A DNA stretch of 54,050 nucleotides, taken from positions 4,273 through 58,322 of the forward strand of contig MQRK01220486.1 in the NCBI GenBank assembly GCA_001938485.1, given 5' to 3'. This document shows positions 51,574 to 54,050 of the stretch, one piece after another. A model generated the notes under the pieces. That model saw only the letters and a program-made list of their open reading frames with translations. It was not told where the DNA came from and searched no databases. The stretch is from Girardia tigrina. Lineage: Eukaryota. Each line of letters begins with the position of its first letter. The stretch's first letter is position 1. A program made the position numbers and the translations under genes.

Positions 51574-52186
51574 TTAGGTTGATGGAAAAGAAATGTCGTT
51601 CTTAATGTATTTAATATTCATTGTTAGAAATATTTAAAAAATCATTAATAAATAGATTCATATTTAAATTTTCTTTAAAGCTTAAACTTTACTCTATATT
51701 GATACAAAGTATGAAATTATTGTTGTTAATGTAAGGTGTATTTATTTTATTTTAGAAATGTCAGAAAAGAAGGAAATGAAAACAATTTTATTCTACGATT
51801 TCAAATGAGGTTGAAAAGCGACAGAAACGGCTCTGAATATTAACAATGTATTTGGACAACATACCGCTAATTTAAAAACAGTATAAAGTTGGTTTTCTAA
51901 GTTTCGTAGTGGCAACGAGAGCCTTAAACAAGAAGAACACGGTAGTCGACCATCACAAGTTGACGACGACCATTTGAAGAAGTTAATGAATGCCGACCCG
52001 CATAAAAATTCACAGGAAGTCGTTCAATAACTCAACGTTCACCAATCAACACTTGTTTGCCATCTGAAGAAAATCGGGAAAGTGAAAAAGCTGGACAAAT
52101 GGGTGCCACACGAATTAAACGAAAATCAAAAAAGTCGTCGTTTTAATGTGTGTTCTCTGCTTATGCGTAATCAAAGAGACCGGTTT
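51574..52186 (+). mobile_element. mariner element 5' half
   Basis: TA-TTAGGTTGATGGAAAAG TIR; ILFYDFK...WFSKFRSGNESL...GKVKKLDKWVPHELNENQK. Confidence 0.92.
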
Positions 52187-52187
52187 A

Positions 52188-52955
52188 TGTGTTACCCCGA
52201 ATAGTTTTCAAGCCCAAACTAACCGAATTTTAAAATATAATAAATTTTCTAAAAGCTCTATAAAATTAATCGAATAATCTGCCCCCTGTTTAGTTTGCGT
52301 AGGCATATTTTTTAGATTTAAAAAATAAAATACAAAACGTTTTGGAAAAAAACGTTTCAATATACAAACCATTTCTAATATATATTTCTCTATTCTCATA
52401 AGTCCAATCTACTTTCAGTAACAGTTTATTTATTTTGCTAATGATCACATTCATACATACACGATTCATCTGAATTTTTAACAATTGAAGTAAATTGAAG
52501 TTAAATTTCTTCTTTGAAATCATTAAATATTTGGTCATCAATATTGAGACTTTGATGTATAAAAACCAAAAGAGATTTTGTTGTAACTATTCATTCATCA
52601 TTATTTTCTTTGAAGAAATTTTGTTGTTCAATTTCATTTATAGAATTTTTATATTTTTCTTTCCATGCTAATTTATTAAAATCTGTATTCCAACATTCCC
52701 TTAATGGTTCATGCAAAATACTAATATCATTATTATCAAAATCTTCACTTAAAACCCAAATTTAATGATATAATTATCTTATTAAATTTTTTTTCATTTC
52801 ATTTTCTATATCTGAGAAAATTTAAAATCATATAATTAACTTTATTTTCAATTTCTAAAATTATGAGAAAAATTTATAAGAAAATAGCTAAATAATTTGC
52901 GCATGCGCAAGCTATTCGTTTAGTTTGCGTGCGCAAAATATTTGGGGTAACACGG
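52188..52955. mobile_element. Non-autonomous TIR element (pogo/Tigger-like termini)
   Basis: GTGTTACCCC ... GGGGTAACAC(GG)-TA inverted termini. Confidence 0.6.
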
Positions 52956-53767
52956 TAGATTCTTTAATAATGAATACAGTTTTGAAATGTTTACCTTTGT
53001 CCTAAAATGTTAGCAAAAGTTCTAATCTACATTTATCTCTCAACTAAGATGGAATATTTAATGTAAGTTTTTATTATCGTTAACTAACATTTCGAATAGT
53101 TTACGACGTCTAAGTAGGAAATTGTAAAAATTAGATTAATAATGACAAATCGGTTTACATGAATTCTTAATCGAAAGCCAAATAAGTAACTAAGTTATTC
53201 GATGATTGGCGATAAATCTTCATATATTTATTTTTTTGAATACTTTTTTCTGAATTTAAACCTGATTATAAATTATATTTATTATTATATTTATTTATAA
53301 ATTCCTCTCTCTCTCCAAACCCAAAAAATGTTCATCGCCGAAATTGTTATTGCTTGCTTGCATATATATAAATAAATAAATATAAAATTAAATTAAAAGT
53401 ATAAATTTAAAAAATTAAATTTAAACAGGAATAAAAATTATTGAATTTAATTGGAGATTGAGTATTGTTTAATTTTTGAATTTTTAATTTAATTGTTGAT
53501 GGCTTATCGAGTAACTTTTAATTTAATTGCCAAATAATTGTTCATTTTTTCCAATCGATGATTAATTGAGTCAATTATCCTGTCTTTGCCAAATTTTCGT
53601 ACAACATATACCCCGATTCAATTTTTTTGCAATTGATAAATTATCTAATTGCATCACGCTATATATGGAATGTTATATGTCATTCAATAGCTAATTTAAA
53701 TGTCTATTAGACGTTATATTCACCCTTTTCTTTACTTACATATTTTTCTTTGAAATATCTTTATTAT

Positions 53768-54050
53768 TATTAAGAACACCAACATGGGTTTTCAAACTTT
53801 TATTTTCATTACAATCAGAATTGTCTTTTGGACAACTCTCAGCAAAACTCTCGTAATTCGACATCGTTCTAAATTGATAACTTTTTATTAATGTTTGTTA
53901 ATAAACAATTATTCGAACAAATTTTTCATTGTTTTCTGATTTTATTTTTAAAATTAAAATTTTGTAGTTTTAGTATTAATTTTTATTTACATATTAATTT
54001 TATTTAAAAATTATTTTATTTAAATTTTATTATGAAGATTTGAAAAGATT
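53768..54050 (-). mobile_element. LTR of the same gypsy family, running off the window
   Basis: Near-identical to 37052-37300 and 43502-43750 (TATTAAGAACACCAACATGGG...). Confidence 0.93.

Overview
This is very AT-rich eukaryotic nuclear DNA with assembly gaps. The repeat mix and composition resemble a planarian-type invertebrate, but that is inference only. The host backbone is two tandem minus-strand paralogs of a POT/PTR2 (SLC15-like) transporter. Copy A has six recognisable exons between 50797 and 19934, including a ~24-kb intron. Copy B has three exons between 10343 and 3432 with identical sizes (73/115/66 nt) and phases. Almost everything else is nested transposable elements: a full-length but decayed Ty3/gypsy element with TG...TA LTRs and a 5-bp TSD, solo LTRs, Penelope-like retroelements (four carrying minimal hammerhead ribozyme motifs), LINE 3' ends, mariner DD34D, rosa/Visitor DD41D, Tigger/pogo, hAT and Buster remnants, and MITEs. 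There are two host-gene fragments (RPL24, NTMT1) and one unexplained GC-rich ORF (5712-6638) antisense in an intron and bracketed by a 33-bp inverted repeat. No prokaryotic-type system is evident and no clearly new system is proven. The best leads are the orphan ORF, the LTR/PBS/gag overlap and the ribozyme set.
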